Positions 10,721 to 20,157 are shown, counted from the first letter of the stretch. The stretch: 64,000 nucleotides of DNA from Patescibacteria group bacterium (GCA_018814875.1 JAHIYH010000045.1:13316-77315), one strand, 5' to 3'. Translations and numbers: made by a program. The notes: generated by a model not told the origin, from the letters alone.

Positions 10721-10777
10721 GGCTGGGGCTGGGGGAAGCTAAAATTCTATATTTGCTTGTTTTATTGTGATAAAACA

Positions 10778-10806
10778 TTGACACGCCTAAGTGCGTCATG
10801 TAAATT
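10778..10806 (+). promoter_or_regulatory. candidate sigma70-type promoter for the yerC/hisR-like gene
   Basis: TTGACA - 17 nt - TAAATT; inverted gtgcgtc/gacgcac motifs nearby (about 10791 and 10851). Confidence 0.35.
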
Positions 10807-10884
10807 GTTCGCGTCTTCATGTCGCGTCTGTTTTTATTTCGATCATAGGACGCACTACGGCGTGCAGGCACACCTTCTACTATT

Positions 10885-11265
10885 ATGGTTAAGCAACGTA
10901 TCACCGAAGGCAATTGGCGCAGAGATCCGCGATTCCGAGGCTTATGCTCAGCTATAAGATCCTGCAAGAATGAAGAGGAAATAGCTGATCTCCTCAGGGA
11001 TGTTGGCACATTAAGCGAATTGCAGGCATGGAGTGAAAGATTAGAAGTTGCCAAGCAATTAGCGCGAGGCTTTAGTTATAGGCAGGTAGCGGAGAATACA
11101 GGCGCAAGTACTACAACTGTCACCAGAGTTGCAAAATTTATAGAGAATGGCCCTGGAGGGTATCGCCGCTTCTTAAAGAGTAAGCATCATAATCACGATT
11201 CTTCCCCACGTGTGGAGAAGACGGGATCGGTGCTGCAAGGGTATTTGGATAGAGCCCAGAAGTAA
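10885..11265 (+). CDS. TrpR/YerC-YecD family transcriptional regulator (HisR-like by context)
   Basis: LSELQAWSERLEVAKQLARGFSYRQVAENTGASTTTVTRVAKFIENGPGGY matches the YerC/YecD HTH core; sits directly upstream of hisG. Confidence 0.7.
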   Translation: MVKQRITEGNWRRDPRFRGLCSAIRSCKNEEEIADLLRDVGTLSELQAWSERLEVAKQLARGFSYRQVAENTGASTTTVTRVAKFIENGPGGYRRFLKSKHHNHDSSPRVEKTGSVLQGYLDRAQK

Positions 11266-11285
11266 GCCAAAAAGTCCGATTTCGT

Positions 11286-11310
11286 CTCCTCCTCGCCGGA
11301 GGAGTTTTTT
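11286..11310 (+). terminator. rho-independent terminator / possible attenuator between regulator and hisG
   Basis: ctcctcc-tcgcc-ggaggag followed by TTTTTT, 22 nt before the hisG ATG. Confidence 0.6.
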
Positions 11311-11331
11311 ATACGTTACCTTTTTATAATC

Positions 11332-12198
11332 ATGCAATCGAATGGAACAATTCGCATAGCGGTACAGAGGTCGGGAAGACTATCTGAGGGATCACTTGAT
11401 CTTCTGAAGAATATGGGGCTTCAATTTGAGACTTATCAGAATCGTCTTTTTACGCGATGTCGGAATGAGTCTCTTGATATACTGTTTCTTCGTGATGACG
11501 ACATTCCAGAGTATGTTCAGAATGGCACCGCGGATCTGGGGATTGTTGGTAGCAATCTTCTTGATGAGAGTGGTGCAAAAGTGGAGCGTATGCTTTCACT
11601 TGATTTCGGATTTTGTACGTTAGCTATTGCTGTTCCGGAACAGAGCAATTACAAATCTATTGCCGATCTTTCGGGAAAGAAAATTGCCACATCCTATCCT
11701 CAAACACTTAAGCGGTATTTGGCAGACAACAAAGTGGATGCTGAGGTGATCGTTCTAAAGGGATGTGTAGAAATTGCACCTGCATTACAAGTTGCGGATG
11801 CAATTTGTGATTTGGTTTCCACTGGCAGCACACTCAGAACAAATAGACTGAAAGTTCTGGAAGTGGTTTCGAAAAGCCAAGCAACACTTATTTGTACGCC
11901 AAATCGCTCAGGTGGGAAGAAAGAGCTCATTGATCGGCTATTACTTCGCGCCAATGGTGTTCTTGAGGCCGGTGCGTTCAAATACATAATGTTCAATTTG
12001 CCAGAGAAGAGACTTAAGGATGCGAAAGTTCTTGTACCCGGTTGCGATAGTCCAACAGTGATTCCACTTGCGGATCCACAGATGGTTGCTGTCCACTCTG
12101 TAGTAGAAGAAGAGCGATTCTGGGAAGTTGTAGAGAAGATCAAAGGATGTGGTGGATCCGGGATTCTAGTTTCTCCTATTGAAAAATTCATAAGATGA
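11332..12198 (+). CDS. hisG: ATP phosphoribosyltransferase, long form
   Basis: 288 aa with C-terminal regulatory domain; first gene of his operon. Confidence 0.92.
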   Translation: MQSNGTIRIAVQRSGRLSEGSLDLLKNMGLQFETYQNRLFTRCRNESLDILFLRDDDIPEYVQNGTADLGIVGSNLLDESGAKVERMLSLDFGFCTLAIAVPEQSNYKSIADLSGKKIATSYPQTLKRYLADNKVDAEVIVLKGCVEIAPALQVADAICDLVSTGSTLRTNRLKVLEVVSKSQATLICTPNRSGGKKELIDRLLLRANGVLEAGAFKYIMFNLPEKRLKDAKVLVPGCDSPTVIPLADPQMVAVHSVVEEERFWEVVEKIKGCGGSGILVSPIEKFIR

Positions 12199-13493
12199 TG
12201 CAGGTAATCTCACTCTCATCGGCTGGAATGAAAACAGTGCTTAAGGCATTGCAGCGTCCTGTGTTGAATCTTTCTGCATACCAAGGGAAGGTGCAATCTA
12301 TCATTACAGATGTTCGTGAGAATGGCGATGCTGCACTCATGCGTTTCACTAAACAATTTGATGGTGTGGATCTTGATAAGATTCAAGTTCAAAAAAATAC
12401 CATCGTACAAGCTAAAACTGATATTCCCTCTAACCTACTAACAAGTATCCAATTCGCAATCGAAAATATTAAGAAGTTCCAAAGCGAGAATTTAGATGTT
12501 TCCAGAAAAGTACAGGTACTAAAAGGAGTTGAATGCTGGAGTCGGGTGCGACCGATAGAAAGTGTAGGTTTATATGTTCCTGGCGGAACAGCACCACTTG
12601 TATCTACAGTGCTGATGCTCGCTATCCCAGCGAAGCTTGCAGGTGTAAATCGTATTGCTCTCTGCACCCCACCTCAGAAGGATGGAAGCATTGATGCGGG
12701 TATCCTTGCAGCCTGTGCATTAACAGGGATTGATGAAGTGTATGCGGTTGGTGGTTCTCAGGCGATTGCGGCACTGGCGTACGGAACTGAGAGTATTCCA
12801 AAAGTGGCAAAAATTGCGGGGCCAGGCAATGCCTATGTGACGGCTGCCAAAGCACTTGTGAGCATCGATCCGGAAGGTGCTGCCATTGATATGCTAGCGG
12901 GTCCCTCTGAATTACTGGTCATTGCTGATGAAACAGCCAATCCACGATTTGTTGCAGCCGATCTACTTTCGCAAGCTGAACACGATACATTGTCACAAGT
13001 TGTGTTGCTCACTACATCGGAAACAATTGCAGAAGCTGTGAAGGTAGAACTCCGCAGACAGCTTGCTACACTTCCACGTAAAGATATTGCAGAGAAGGCA
13101 CTCGAAGGAAGTTGCTGCGTGATCACAGAGACTCTCGAAGAAGCAGTGGAACTTAGCAATCGTTATGCGCCAGAGCACTTAAGTATTCAGGTACTCAGTC
13201 CACGGAAACTAGTGGAAAGGATTCAGAATGCGGGTTCCATCTTCCTTGGGCCAAATGCAACGGAATCTGTAGGAGATTACTGTTCCGGTACGAATCACGT
13301 TTTGCCTACATCGGGATTTGCTCGAACGCAGAGCGGCGTATCTGTACGTACATTTCAAAAAACTATGAGTGTACAGAGTCTGACTCGGAAAGGTTTGTGC
13401 TCATTAAGAGAAAATACAACTCTGCTCGCGCGAACAGAAGGGTTGGAAGCACACGCTCGTGCAGTGGATATCCGTTTCCAAGAAATGCAATGA
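12195..13493 (+). CDS. hisD: histidinol dehydrogenase
   Basis: 432 aa, SQAEHD and GDY..G.NHVLPT motifs; 4-nt overlaps on both sides. Confidence 0.95.
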   Translation: MMQVISLSSAGMKTVLKALQRPVLNLSAYQGKVQSIITDVRENGDAALMRFTKQFDGVDLDKIQVQKNTIVQAKTDIPSNLLTSIQFAIENIKKFQSENLDVSRKVQVLKGVECWSRVRPIESVGLYVPGGTAPLVSTVLMLAIPAKLAGVNRIALCTPPQKDGSIDAGILAACALTGIDEVYAVGGSQAIAALAYGTESIPKVAKIAGPGNAYVTAAKALVSIDPEGAAIDMLAGPSELLVIADETANPRFVAADLLSQAEHDTLSQVVLLTTSETIAEAVKVELRRQLATLPRKDIAEKALEGSCCVITETLEEAVELSNRYAPEHLSIQVLSPRKLVERIQNAGSIFLGPNATESVGDYCSGTNHVLPTSGFARTQSGVSVRTFQKTMSVQSLTRKGLCSLRENTTLLARTEGLEAHARAVDIRFQEMQ

Positions 13494-14560
13494 GTACTAC
13501 TTCTCCACCAGTACCGGCTCGCATTGAGCAATTGGATCCTTATTCCTGTGCTCGTAATATTATTAAGGGAAAGCGTTGGACATTTCTCGATGCAAACGAG
13601 TCCCCAATGTCACTGATCACTTCTCAGACGTCCATGGATGATATCAACAGATATCCTGATCCAACAGCAGATGAACTTCGAAAGAAAATTGGTGATTTCT
13701 ATGGAGTGCCAATGGATCAGATCATTATTAGCAATGGCTGTGATGAATTGATTTCTCTTTGTGTACAGGCATTTGTCAGGCCATCGTACGGTGTTCTAAG
13801 TGTGGAACCAACGTACGGTATGTACCGTGTTTGCGCTGAGACCTATGGAGCTTCTTATAAAGCAGTGCAAATGGAAGAAGAGTTCTCTCTCGATATTCAG
13901 AAGCTCAGAACTCGTTTTGAGCGAACAGATGTTCTTTTTCTTTGTACTCCTAACAATCCTACTGGAAACATTCTTCCACAGTCTGTACTGGAATTGGTTA
14001 TTGATGAATTCTCAGGACTAATTGTGATTGACGAGGCATACGGTGAGTTTGCAGATGAGGAAGGAATATCGTCATGTATCGAGTATGTGAAGAAAGAAGC
14101 AAAAAATGTCATTGTATTGCGCACCTTCAGTAAAGCATTTGGTGCAGCTGGTATTCGTTTGGGATATGGGATTGCTGATCGTCAAATCATTGAACAGCTC
14201 CTGAAAGTAAAAATGCCATATAACGTGAATATGCTGACTCAGAATCTAGGTCTGGCACTATGGGAAAAGCGTGAATGCATGAAAGCAAATGTTCGATTTC
14301 TCAAAGAGGAACGCCAATATCTAGAAAAACAATTCATGGATTTAGGATTCACAGTTTCTCAAAGTATTACCAATTTCTTCCTTTTAAAATCTCCTGATGA
14401 GATCGATAGCAATGAACTCTGTCGTGCTCTCAAGGATTCTTTTGGTATTGTTGTAAGGAACTTCGGAGACAAGCCTCTTCTAAAAAATACACTTCGCATA
14501 ACAGTTGGAACACGCCAAGAGAATGATCGACTTCTATCCGCTATTTCCTCTCTCGTATGA
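13490..14560 (+). CDS. hisC: histidinol-phosphate aminotransferase
   Basis: class II aminotransferase with LRTFSKAFG lysine motif; start set at the ATGA overlap with hisD stop rather than the upstream 13397 ORF start. Confidence 0.9.
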   Translation: MSTTSPPVPARIEQLDPYSCARNIIKGKRWTFLDANESPMSLITSQTSMDDINRYPDPTADELRKKIGDFYGVPMDQIIISNGCDELISLCVQAFVRPSYGVLSVEPTYGMYRVCAETYGASYKAVQMEEEFSLDIQKLRTRFERTDVLFLCTPNNPTGNILPQSVLELVIDEFSGLIVIDEAYGEFADEEGISSCIEYVKKEAKNVIVLRTFSKAFGAAGIRLGYGIADRQIIEQLLKVKMPYNVNMLTQNLGLALWEKRECMKANVRFLKEERQYLEKQFMDLGFTVSQSITNFFLLKSPDEIDSNELCRALKDSFGIVVRNFGDKPLLKNTLRITVGTRQENDRLLSAISSLV

Positions 14561-15594
14561 AAGTTGCATTTATCGATCGTGATGGCACATTGATCTGGGA
14601 ACCACCGGAATCGAAACAGGTGGACTCCATCGCAAAATTACGTGTTCTTCCGGGAGTAACTGAAGGTTTGCTGACTCTGTTAGACGAAGGATACAACCTT
14701 GTTTTGATTTCTAATCAAGATGGACTTGGTACCACATCTTTTCCGCAAGAAACGTTTAAAGTGGTACAACAGGAATTTTTGATGCAATTGGGGGAGGAAG
14801 GAATTTGCTTTAAAGAAATATTTATCTGTCCTCACACAGAAGAAATCAACTGTGATTGTCGTAAGCCTCGTACAGGACTTGTTGATAAGTTTATTCAAGA
14901 GAATCAAGTTAACCTCGATGATTCGTTGGTTATCGGTGATCGTGAAACAGATCGTGAATTTGCAGAAAATATCGGTGTACGATTTGTGGTTACTGAGACA
15001 AATGGTAGGTTTCCACGTTTCGCGGGTGAGAAGCGAGCGACAAAGGAAACAAGCATTGAGGCATTTGTGAATATAGACGGAAGTGGACGTGTGAACATTG
15101 AAACAGGAATAGGCTTTTTCGATCACATGTTGGAGAATCTCGCAAAGAATGCACTTGTTGATCTTGACCTTAAAGCCAATGGTGATCTAAGAGTTGATGA
15201 ACACCACACTGTTGAAGATATTGGTCTCGTTCTTGGATCAATCTTTTCCAAAGCACTTGGTGATAAGCGTGGTATTGAGAGATATGGCTTCTGGGTGCCA
15301 ATGGATGAAGCACTTGCATATGTCGTTTTAGATCTCTCTGGTCGTCCGTACTTCATATTCGAAGGAGAATGGAACCGTGAATATGTTGGAGATTTACCTA
15401 CAGAGCTTGTGTCGCACTTCTTCGGATCCCTTGCACAGACATTGAAGTGCAACCTGCACATGAAAATTGAACGTGGTGAAAACGAACACCACAAGATTGA
15501 AGCTCTCTTTAAAGGACTCGGTCGCACTCTCAGGCAAGCGTTCCGTCAAAGCCAATACGAGAGTGGTATTCCTTCTACCAAAGGTTCCTTATGA
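14557..15594 (+). CDS. hisB: bifunctional histidinol-phosphatase / imidazoleglycerol-phosphate dehydratase
   Basis: N-terminal HAD-type FIDRDGTLI motif plus C-terminal IGPD domain (DEHHTVEDIG, ENEHHKIEA). Confidence 0.92.
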   Translation: MKVAFIDRDGTLIWEPPESKQVDSIAKLRVLPGVTEGLLTLLDEGYNLVLISNQDGLGTTSFPQETFKVVQQEFLMQLGEEGICFKEIFICPHTEEINCDCRKPRTGLVDKFIQENQVNLDDSLVIGDRETDREFAENIGVRFVVTETNGRFPRFAGEKRATKETSIEAFVNIDGSGRVNIETGIGFFDHMLENLAKNALVDLDLKANGDLRVDEHHTVEDIGLVLGSIFSKALGDKRGIERYGFWVPMDEALAYVVLDLSGRPYFIFEGEWNREYVGDLPTELVSHFFGSLAQTLKCNLHMKIERGENEHHKIEALFKGLGRTLRQAFRQSQYESGIPSTKGSL

Positions 15595-16172
15595 TGATTC
15601 GACTTCACTCACCACAGATTGGCATACTACGTTACTCTGCAGGTAATACGGGAAGCGTTCAGCGCGCGCTTACGCGTCTTGGCATCCCTTCTCGGATTAT
15701 TGAGAAGCCGACGGAGCTTAAGGATGTAGATGGCATTATTTTCCCCGGAGCAGGTGCTGCTGGAACTGCAATGAAATGTTTGCGAGAGACGGGATGGGCA
15801 GAAGCCATTCAGTCCTACAGGAAGCCATTTCTTGGACTTTGTCTTGGTATGCAGCTCCTCTTTGATTTTTCCGAAGAGGATTCGACGCAGTGTCTTGGAA
15901 TTATAAATGGTAGAGTTACAGAACTCTCAGATAAGCTAATTAAACCACACATGGGTTGGAATAAATTAAGTACAGGTGACTATGCCTACTTTGTGCACAG
16001 TTACGTGTGTGAACCGACTGATCCTTCGGTTATAACTATAAAAACAGCATACGGAGATGATCTGTGTGCAGGTGTACAACAAGATAACTTCTTTGGTGTG
16101 CAGTGGCACCCAGAAAAATCGGGTTATGTTGGTGATCAGTATCTTCTTTCCTTCTATGAACTATGCAGGTGA
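15591..16172 (+). CDS. hisH: imidazole glycerol phosphate synthase, glutamine amidotransferase subunit
   Basis: class I GATase with GLCLGMQLL catalytic Cys and VQWHPEKS. Confidence 0.92.
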   Translation: MMIRLHSPQIGILRYSAGNTGSVQRALTRLGIPSRIIEKPTELKDVDGIIFPGAGAAGTAMKCLRETGWAEAIQSYRKPFLGLCLGMQLLFDFSEEDSTQCLGIINGRVTELSDKLIKPHMGWNKLSTGDYAYFVHSYVCEPTDPSVITIKTAYGDDLCAGVQQDNFFGVQWHPEKSGYVGDQYLLSFYELCR

Positions 16173-17644
16173 TTCCCGCCATTGACGTGCTTGATGGGCG
16201 TATCGTGCGTCTTAAACAGGGCGACTTCGCGCGTACCACAGACTATGGAGACGATTCTGTATCTCTTGCAACAAAGTATGCTTCTCAGGGAGCTGCGATG
16301 TTGCATGTGGTCAATTTAACAGGAACAAAAGATGGCGCGCTACAACAAGACTTCGTTGAACTTGTTCGGCGTATCACATATCAGACGAATCTTGCGTTAC
16401 AAGTTGGCGGTGGCATCCGCAGTATTGCTGACATATATGCGCTTTTTGAAGCCGGTGTGAATCGAGTTGTCTTAGGTACAATAATTTTCTCCGATCCAGA
16501 GCTTGTACGACGTGCTCTTCTCCTCTTCGGGCCATCGCGCATAATCGCTGCGCTTGATAGTCGCGATGGCGAAGTATGCATAAAAGGATGGCAGGAATGT
16601 TCGGGAACAAAACTGGATGATGCTATTGCGCGGATACAAGAGCTCGGCTTTAGCGAAGTCCTCATTACTGATATCAAACGTGATGGCATGGAACGAGGAG
16701 CAAATACCAATCTTTATGCACAAATTCGCCGCAAATATCCTTCACTTAGTATTACAGGCAGCGGAGGGGTGCGGGATATCGGAGACATCCGCTCATTGCG
16801 GGATGCTGGTTGTAGTGCCGTGGTTGTTGGTAAGGCACTTTTAAACGGCCAGGTGCAATTGCCTCAACTTATCCGAGCTTCGCAGTCCGATCTTGCCATA
16901 CGAATTATTCCCTGCCTTGATGTTGCGGGTGGACGTACTGTTAAGGGGACGAAGTTCCAAAACTTACGTGATGCGGGTGATCCTGTTGAACTTGCAAGGC
17001 GGTATTGCGAAGAAGGTGCAGATGAACTGGTGTTCCTAGATATCAGTGCTACTCGCGAGGAGCGTGATACGATGTTTGACTTGGCTGCAAAGGTTGCAGA
17101 AGCAGTGAACATTCCATTCACCATAGGTGGAGGTGTACGATCAGTAGAAGACGCACTCAAGCTACTTGATGCGGGTGCAGATAAAGTTGCTGTGAACTCT
17201 GCAGCAGTGTTGCGTCCGGCACTTCTTTCTGAAATGGCAGAGCAGTTTGGAAGAGCAAACACAGTCTGTGCAATTGATGCACGACGAAAGGGTAAGAAAT
17301 GGGTTGTCCTTGTTAAGGGGGGGACTGAGGAAACTAGAATGGATGTGATTAAATGGGCTCAAGAAGCTCAAAAACTAGGTGCCGGTGAAATTTTGCTCAC
17401 ATCATTTGATAGAGATGGAACAAAAGAAGGTTTCGATACCGAACTACTTTCAAGCGTAAAAGAATGTGTAACAGTTCCCGTTATCGCTTCTGGTGGAGCA
17501 GGAAGTTTGCAGTCTTTTGTGGAGGCTGTGGAAAAGGGTAAAGCTGATGCGGTACTTGCAGCCAGTGTATTTCACTACAAGACATTACAAATAAGGGATG
17601 TAAAAAAAGCTTTCAAGTCAGCTTCCTACCCTGTTCGTTTATGA
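16163..17644 (+). CDS. hisA-hisF: fused HisA (ProFAR isomerase) - HisF (IGP synthase cyclase) protein, 493 aa
   Basis: residues 1-~240 start VIPAIDVLDGRIVRL (HisA); residues ~245-493 start IRIIPCLDVAGGRTVKGTKF (HisF); single uninterrupted frame. Confidence 0.85.
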   Translation: MQVIPAIDVLDGRIVRLKQGDFARTTDYGDDSVSLATKYASQGAAMLHVVNLTGTKDGALQQDFVELVRRITYQTNLALQVGGGIRSIADIYALFEAGVNRVVLGTIIFSDPELVRRALLLFGPSRIIAALDSRDGEVCIKGWQECSGTKLDDAIARIQELGFSEVLITDIKRDGMERGANTNLYAQIRRKYPSLSITGSGGVRDIGDIRSLRDAGCSAVVVGKALLNGQVQLPQLIRASQSDLAIRIIPCLDVAGGRTVKGTKFQNLRDAGDPVELARRYCEEGADELVFLDISATREERDTMFDLAAKVAEAVNIPFTIGGGVRSVEDALKLLDAGADKVAVNSAAVLRPALLSEMAEQFGRANTVCAIDARRKGKKWVVLVKGGTEETRMDVIKWAQEAQKLGAGEILLTSFDRDGTKEGFDTELLSSVKECVTVPVIASGGAGSLQSFVEAVEKGKADAVLAASVFHYKTLQIRDVKKAFKSASYPVRL

Positions 17645-18249
17645 TTACTCCATCTTCCCTCGATTGGCAGAAAAATCCTGATGGATTGCTTCCTGCTATT
17701 GTACAGGACAGCGATACAGCACAAGTGCTTATGCTGGGGTACATGAATCAGGAGGCGCTTGAAAAAACACTTAAAACAAAGATGGTGACTTTCTACAGCC
17801 GATCCAAAAAACGTCTTTGGATGAAGGGTGAAACTTCTGGGAATATTCTTGAGGTTGCAACTGTTTGTCCAGATTGTGATAAAGATTCAATTCTCATTCA
17901 GGCACGACCAAAAGGCCCAACCTGTCACAATGGAACTAGATCATGTTTTGAAGATGGAGAAGAATTACCTTTAGAGACATTGGGGCTTCTCATCAGAACA
18001 ATTGATGAGCGTGCATTGGCAGGGTCCGAGGCTTCGTATACGAAAAAGTTACTGATTGGTGGCTTGGAAGCATACGGAGCAAAGGTGCTCGAAGAATCCA
18101 TAGAGGTTGTAAAAGCTGCCGAAGAAGAAGGCAGGCAAAGAACTGTTGAAGAGGTATCAGATTTACTTTATCACTTATTTGTTCTGTTAAGAGGCGAGGG
18201 AATTGAGATAGGAGAAATTTCAGAAGAGCTGAGAAAAAGGAGAAAGTAA
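17641..18249 (+). CDS. hisIE: bifunctional phosphoribosyl-AMP cyclohydrolase / phosphoribosyl-ATP pyrophosphatase
   Basis: N-terminal HisI (LLPAIVQD...CPDCD) plus C-terminal HisE (SYTKKLL...LLYHLFVLL). Confidence 0.92.
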   Translation: MITPSSLDWQKNPDGLLPAIVQDSDTAQVLMLGYMNQEALEKTLKTKMVTFYSRSKKRLWMKGETSGNILEVATVCPDCDKDSILIQARPKGPTCHNGTRSCFEDGEELPLETLGLLIRTIDERALAGSEASYTKKLLIGGLEAYGAKVLEESIEVVKAAEEEGRQRTVEEVSDLLYHLFVLLRGEGIEIGEISEELRKRRK

Positions 18250-18274
18250 GAGGTTTTTGTGGGAAACTGGATGT

Positions 18275-19273
18275 ATGAACCACGCCACCTTCATCCACCG
18301 CTGCCTATTACTTGCCCAACAAGGCCGTGGCAAAGTTGGCATAAATCCAATGGTTGGTTCTGTCCTCGTTAGAAATGACGAGATAATTGCGCAGGCTCAC
18401 CACGAAGGCTTTGGACTTCCACATGCAGAACGATCACTTCTGGAAAGCATAGAAGGTTCCATCAAGCCAGATGATGTTTTGTATGTGAATTTGGAACCCT
18501 GCTGTCATCAGGGCAAGACACCACCATGCACAGACATTATTATCAAAAAAGGAATCAAACATGTTGTGTATGGGATGAAAGATCCAAACTTGGAAGTTTT
18601 GGGGAAGGGGATTGAAGCTTTGAGGAAGGCAGGCATAGATGTCGTGGGTCCAGTTCTTCCTGAGCTTTGCCAGCGATTAAACAGAGGATTCATATCACTT
18701 CAGAAGAATGGAAGACCTTACATCACACTTAAACATGCACAGACTCGTTCAGGTGAGATTTCTAAGCCCGATGGTTCACCTCTTAAGATCACTTCTCAGG
18801 AACAAGATGAATGGTCACATTCTTATTTGAGAGCGAGACATGATGCAATTCTTGTAGGTGCAGGAACTGTTATTACCGATGATCCACAGTTAACAGTACG
18901 ATTAAAGAACAAAAATTTAGAACAGAGTTTAACCCTACGCATAGTGCTAGATCCAAATTCAAGTATTCCAAAAGACGCTCAGATTATGGGGGAGGGGACG
19001 CTCTTGATAAATAAAGAAAAAAAGGATTGCGATCAGCCGAGAGAGCACCCCTTCGTGGGTGCGGATGTTATACAAGAAAAAGGAGTGATGGCGGAGGAGG
19101 TTCCTGTGAAGAACGGGGTGTTTGATTGGGAATCTCTTTGGAAAGTACTCACAACTCCAAAAGATAATTTCAACGGGATTACTAGCATTCTGGTTGAAGG
19201 GGGAGCTAAGACTTGGGATGTCTTCAAAAAGGCTGGAATGATTGATGAGGAGGTGTGGTTGGTGGGGAAGTAA
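18275..19273 (+). CDS. ribD: riboflavin biosynthesis deaminase/reductase
   Basis: HAE and PCCHQGKTPPC zinc-deaminase motifs plus C-terminal reductase domain; ATG at 18275 preferred over TTG at 18257. Confidence 0.85.
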   Translation: MNHATFIHRCLLLAQQGRGKVGINPMVGSVLVRNDEIIAQAHHEGFGLPHAERSLLESIEGSIKPDDVLYVNLEPCCHQGKTPPCTDIIIKKGIKHVVYGMKDPNLEVLGKGIEALRKAGIDVVGPVLPELCQRLNRGFISLQKNGRPYITLKHAQTRSGEISKPDGSPLKITSQEQDEWSHSYLRARHDAILVGAGTVITDDPQLTVRLKNKNLEQSLTLRIVLDPNSSIPKDAQIMGEGTLLINKEKKDCDQPREHPFVGADVIQEKGVMAEEVPVKNGVFDWESLWKVLTTPKDNFNGITSILVEGGAKTWDVFKKAGMIDEEVWLVGK

Positions 19274-19276
19274 GAT

Positions 19277-19960
19277 TTACTTCATCTTCTTCATCACACT
19301 CTGCCCCAAGTCATAGATATGTTTTACTGCACTTTGCTTTACAGGTAACTTCCCAGACTTTGCGAATTCTTCAACGACCTGAGCGTACTTAAGTCCTTCT
19401 TCGCGCATATGTGCCAAGCTCTTTGGTCGTTCATCCACAACAAGTCCAAACTTACCCTTGCCCTTTGTACATCTTCCTTCGAAGTGAGTACCAATTATAC
19501 TTCCTCCAAAGAATTTGATAGCTTCGGGAACAGCGCTGGTTGTCTTCTTCATGAGCCCTGTCCACGCTGCTGCCGGAGCTCCGCCTGTGAAGATTAAGAA
19601 GAATGGCTTTCCGCCTAATGTTCCTTTTGATCGTGTTTCATCCAAAGCAAAGCTACCAAAGCGGTCTATTAGGTTCTTTAAATGTGCAGGAACTCCAAAG
19701 TTCCAGATCGGAGAAGCAATTACGATGCCATCCGCATTTTGGACGAGTTCTTGAATTTTGCAGAAATCTTCTTCCTGTGGGCACTGTGTTTCGTAAAAAT
19801 CGAGGTTAAAGTGTTCAATTGTTAAATCTTTTAGTCTTTTGTTATCTACATGCACATTACCAAGCTGATGAATTCCTTGTGTAAAAGCTGAAGCAAGAGC
19901 GTGAGAATTGCTTGGTTCGTTTGTTCCTGCGATTAGTACGAGGATGTTCATGATAGCCAT
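19277..19960 (-). CDS. NAD(P)H-dependent FMN reductase / flavodoxin-like-fold oxidoreductase
   Basis: MNILVLIAGTNEPSNS...IVIASPIWNFGVPAHLKNLIDR pattern typical of the family. Confidence 0.75.
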   Translation of the reverse strand: MAIMNILVLIAGTNEPSNSHALASAFTQGIHQLGNVHVDNKRLKDLTIEHFNLDFYETQCPQEEDFCKIQELVQNADGIVIASPIWNFGVPAHLKNLIDRFGSFALDETRSKGTLGGKPFFLIFTGGAPAAAWTGLMKKTTSAVPEAIKFFGGSIIGTHFEGRCTKGKGKFGLVVDERPKSLAHMREEGLKYAQVVEEFAKSGKLPVKQSAVKHIYDLGQSVMKKMK

Positions 19961-20014
19961 GATAGCATGATCTTCAGATTATTTTGTGTTGAATGTTACA
20001 TTTGAGGGCTTGCG

Positions 20015-20052
20015 GCAATTAGCTTATTGGCTAGAAGCTAGCAGCTAATTGC
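20015..20052. repeat. hairpin gcaattagc-N20-gctaattgc
   Basis: 9-bp perfect stem in the divergent spacer upstream of nrdJ; loop contains ctagaagctagc (same AGCTTCT/CTAG theme as 28089..28156). Confidence 0.5.
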
Positions 20053-20126
20053 TTGAATTATCTGTCAACATCATATGATTGCAGTAGTGCGAACAACTAT
20101 ATATCGTGCCATGTTGCTGCACCAAG

Positions 20127-20142
20127 ACACAGTATGTAGTGT
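20127..20142 (+). promoter_or_regulatory. candidate NrdR box
   Basis: acacagtatgtagtgt matches 14/16 positions of the acaCwAtATaTwGtgt consensus as I remember it; 16 nt before the nrdJ ATG; weaker partner acaactatatatcgtg at 20093. Confidence 0.3.
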
Positions 20143-20157
20143 TTTCTTTCCTTTTCT

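Noticed and set aside
10698-11054. 118-aa minus-strand ORF overlapping the fusA end and the yerC-like gene
   Set aside because: It is antisense to two well-supported genes and has no homology features.
11266-11331. His-codon-rich leader peptide attenuator of the enterobacterial type before hisG
   Set aside because: No small ORF with consecutive His codons exists in the 66-nt spacer. Only a simple hairpin plus T-run is present.
13397-13489. N-terminal 31-aa extension of hisC given by the ORF track
   Set aside because: It overlaps the end of hisD in another frame. The ATGA stop/start junction at 13490 fits the coupling pattern of the rest of the operon, and HisC homology begins after it.
19961-20157. 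Cobalamin riboswitch upstream of the B12-dependent nrdJ
   Set aside because: The spacer is under 200 nt and AT-rich. I see no B12-box-like GC-rich core. An Infernal scan would be needed to be certain.
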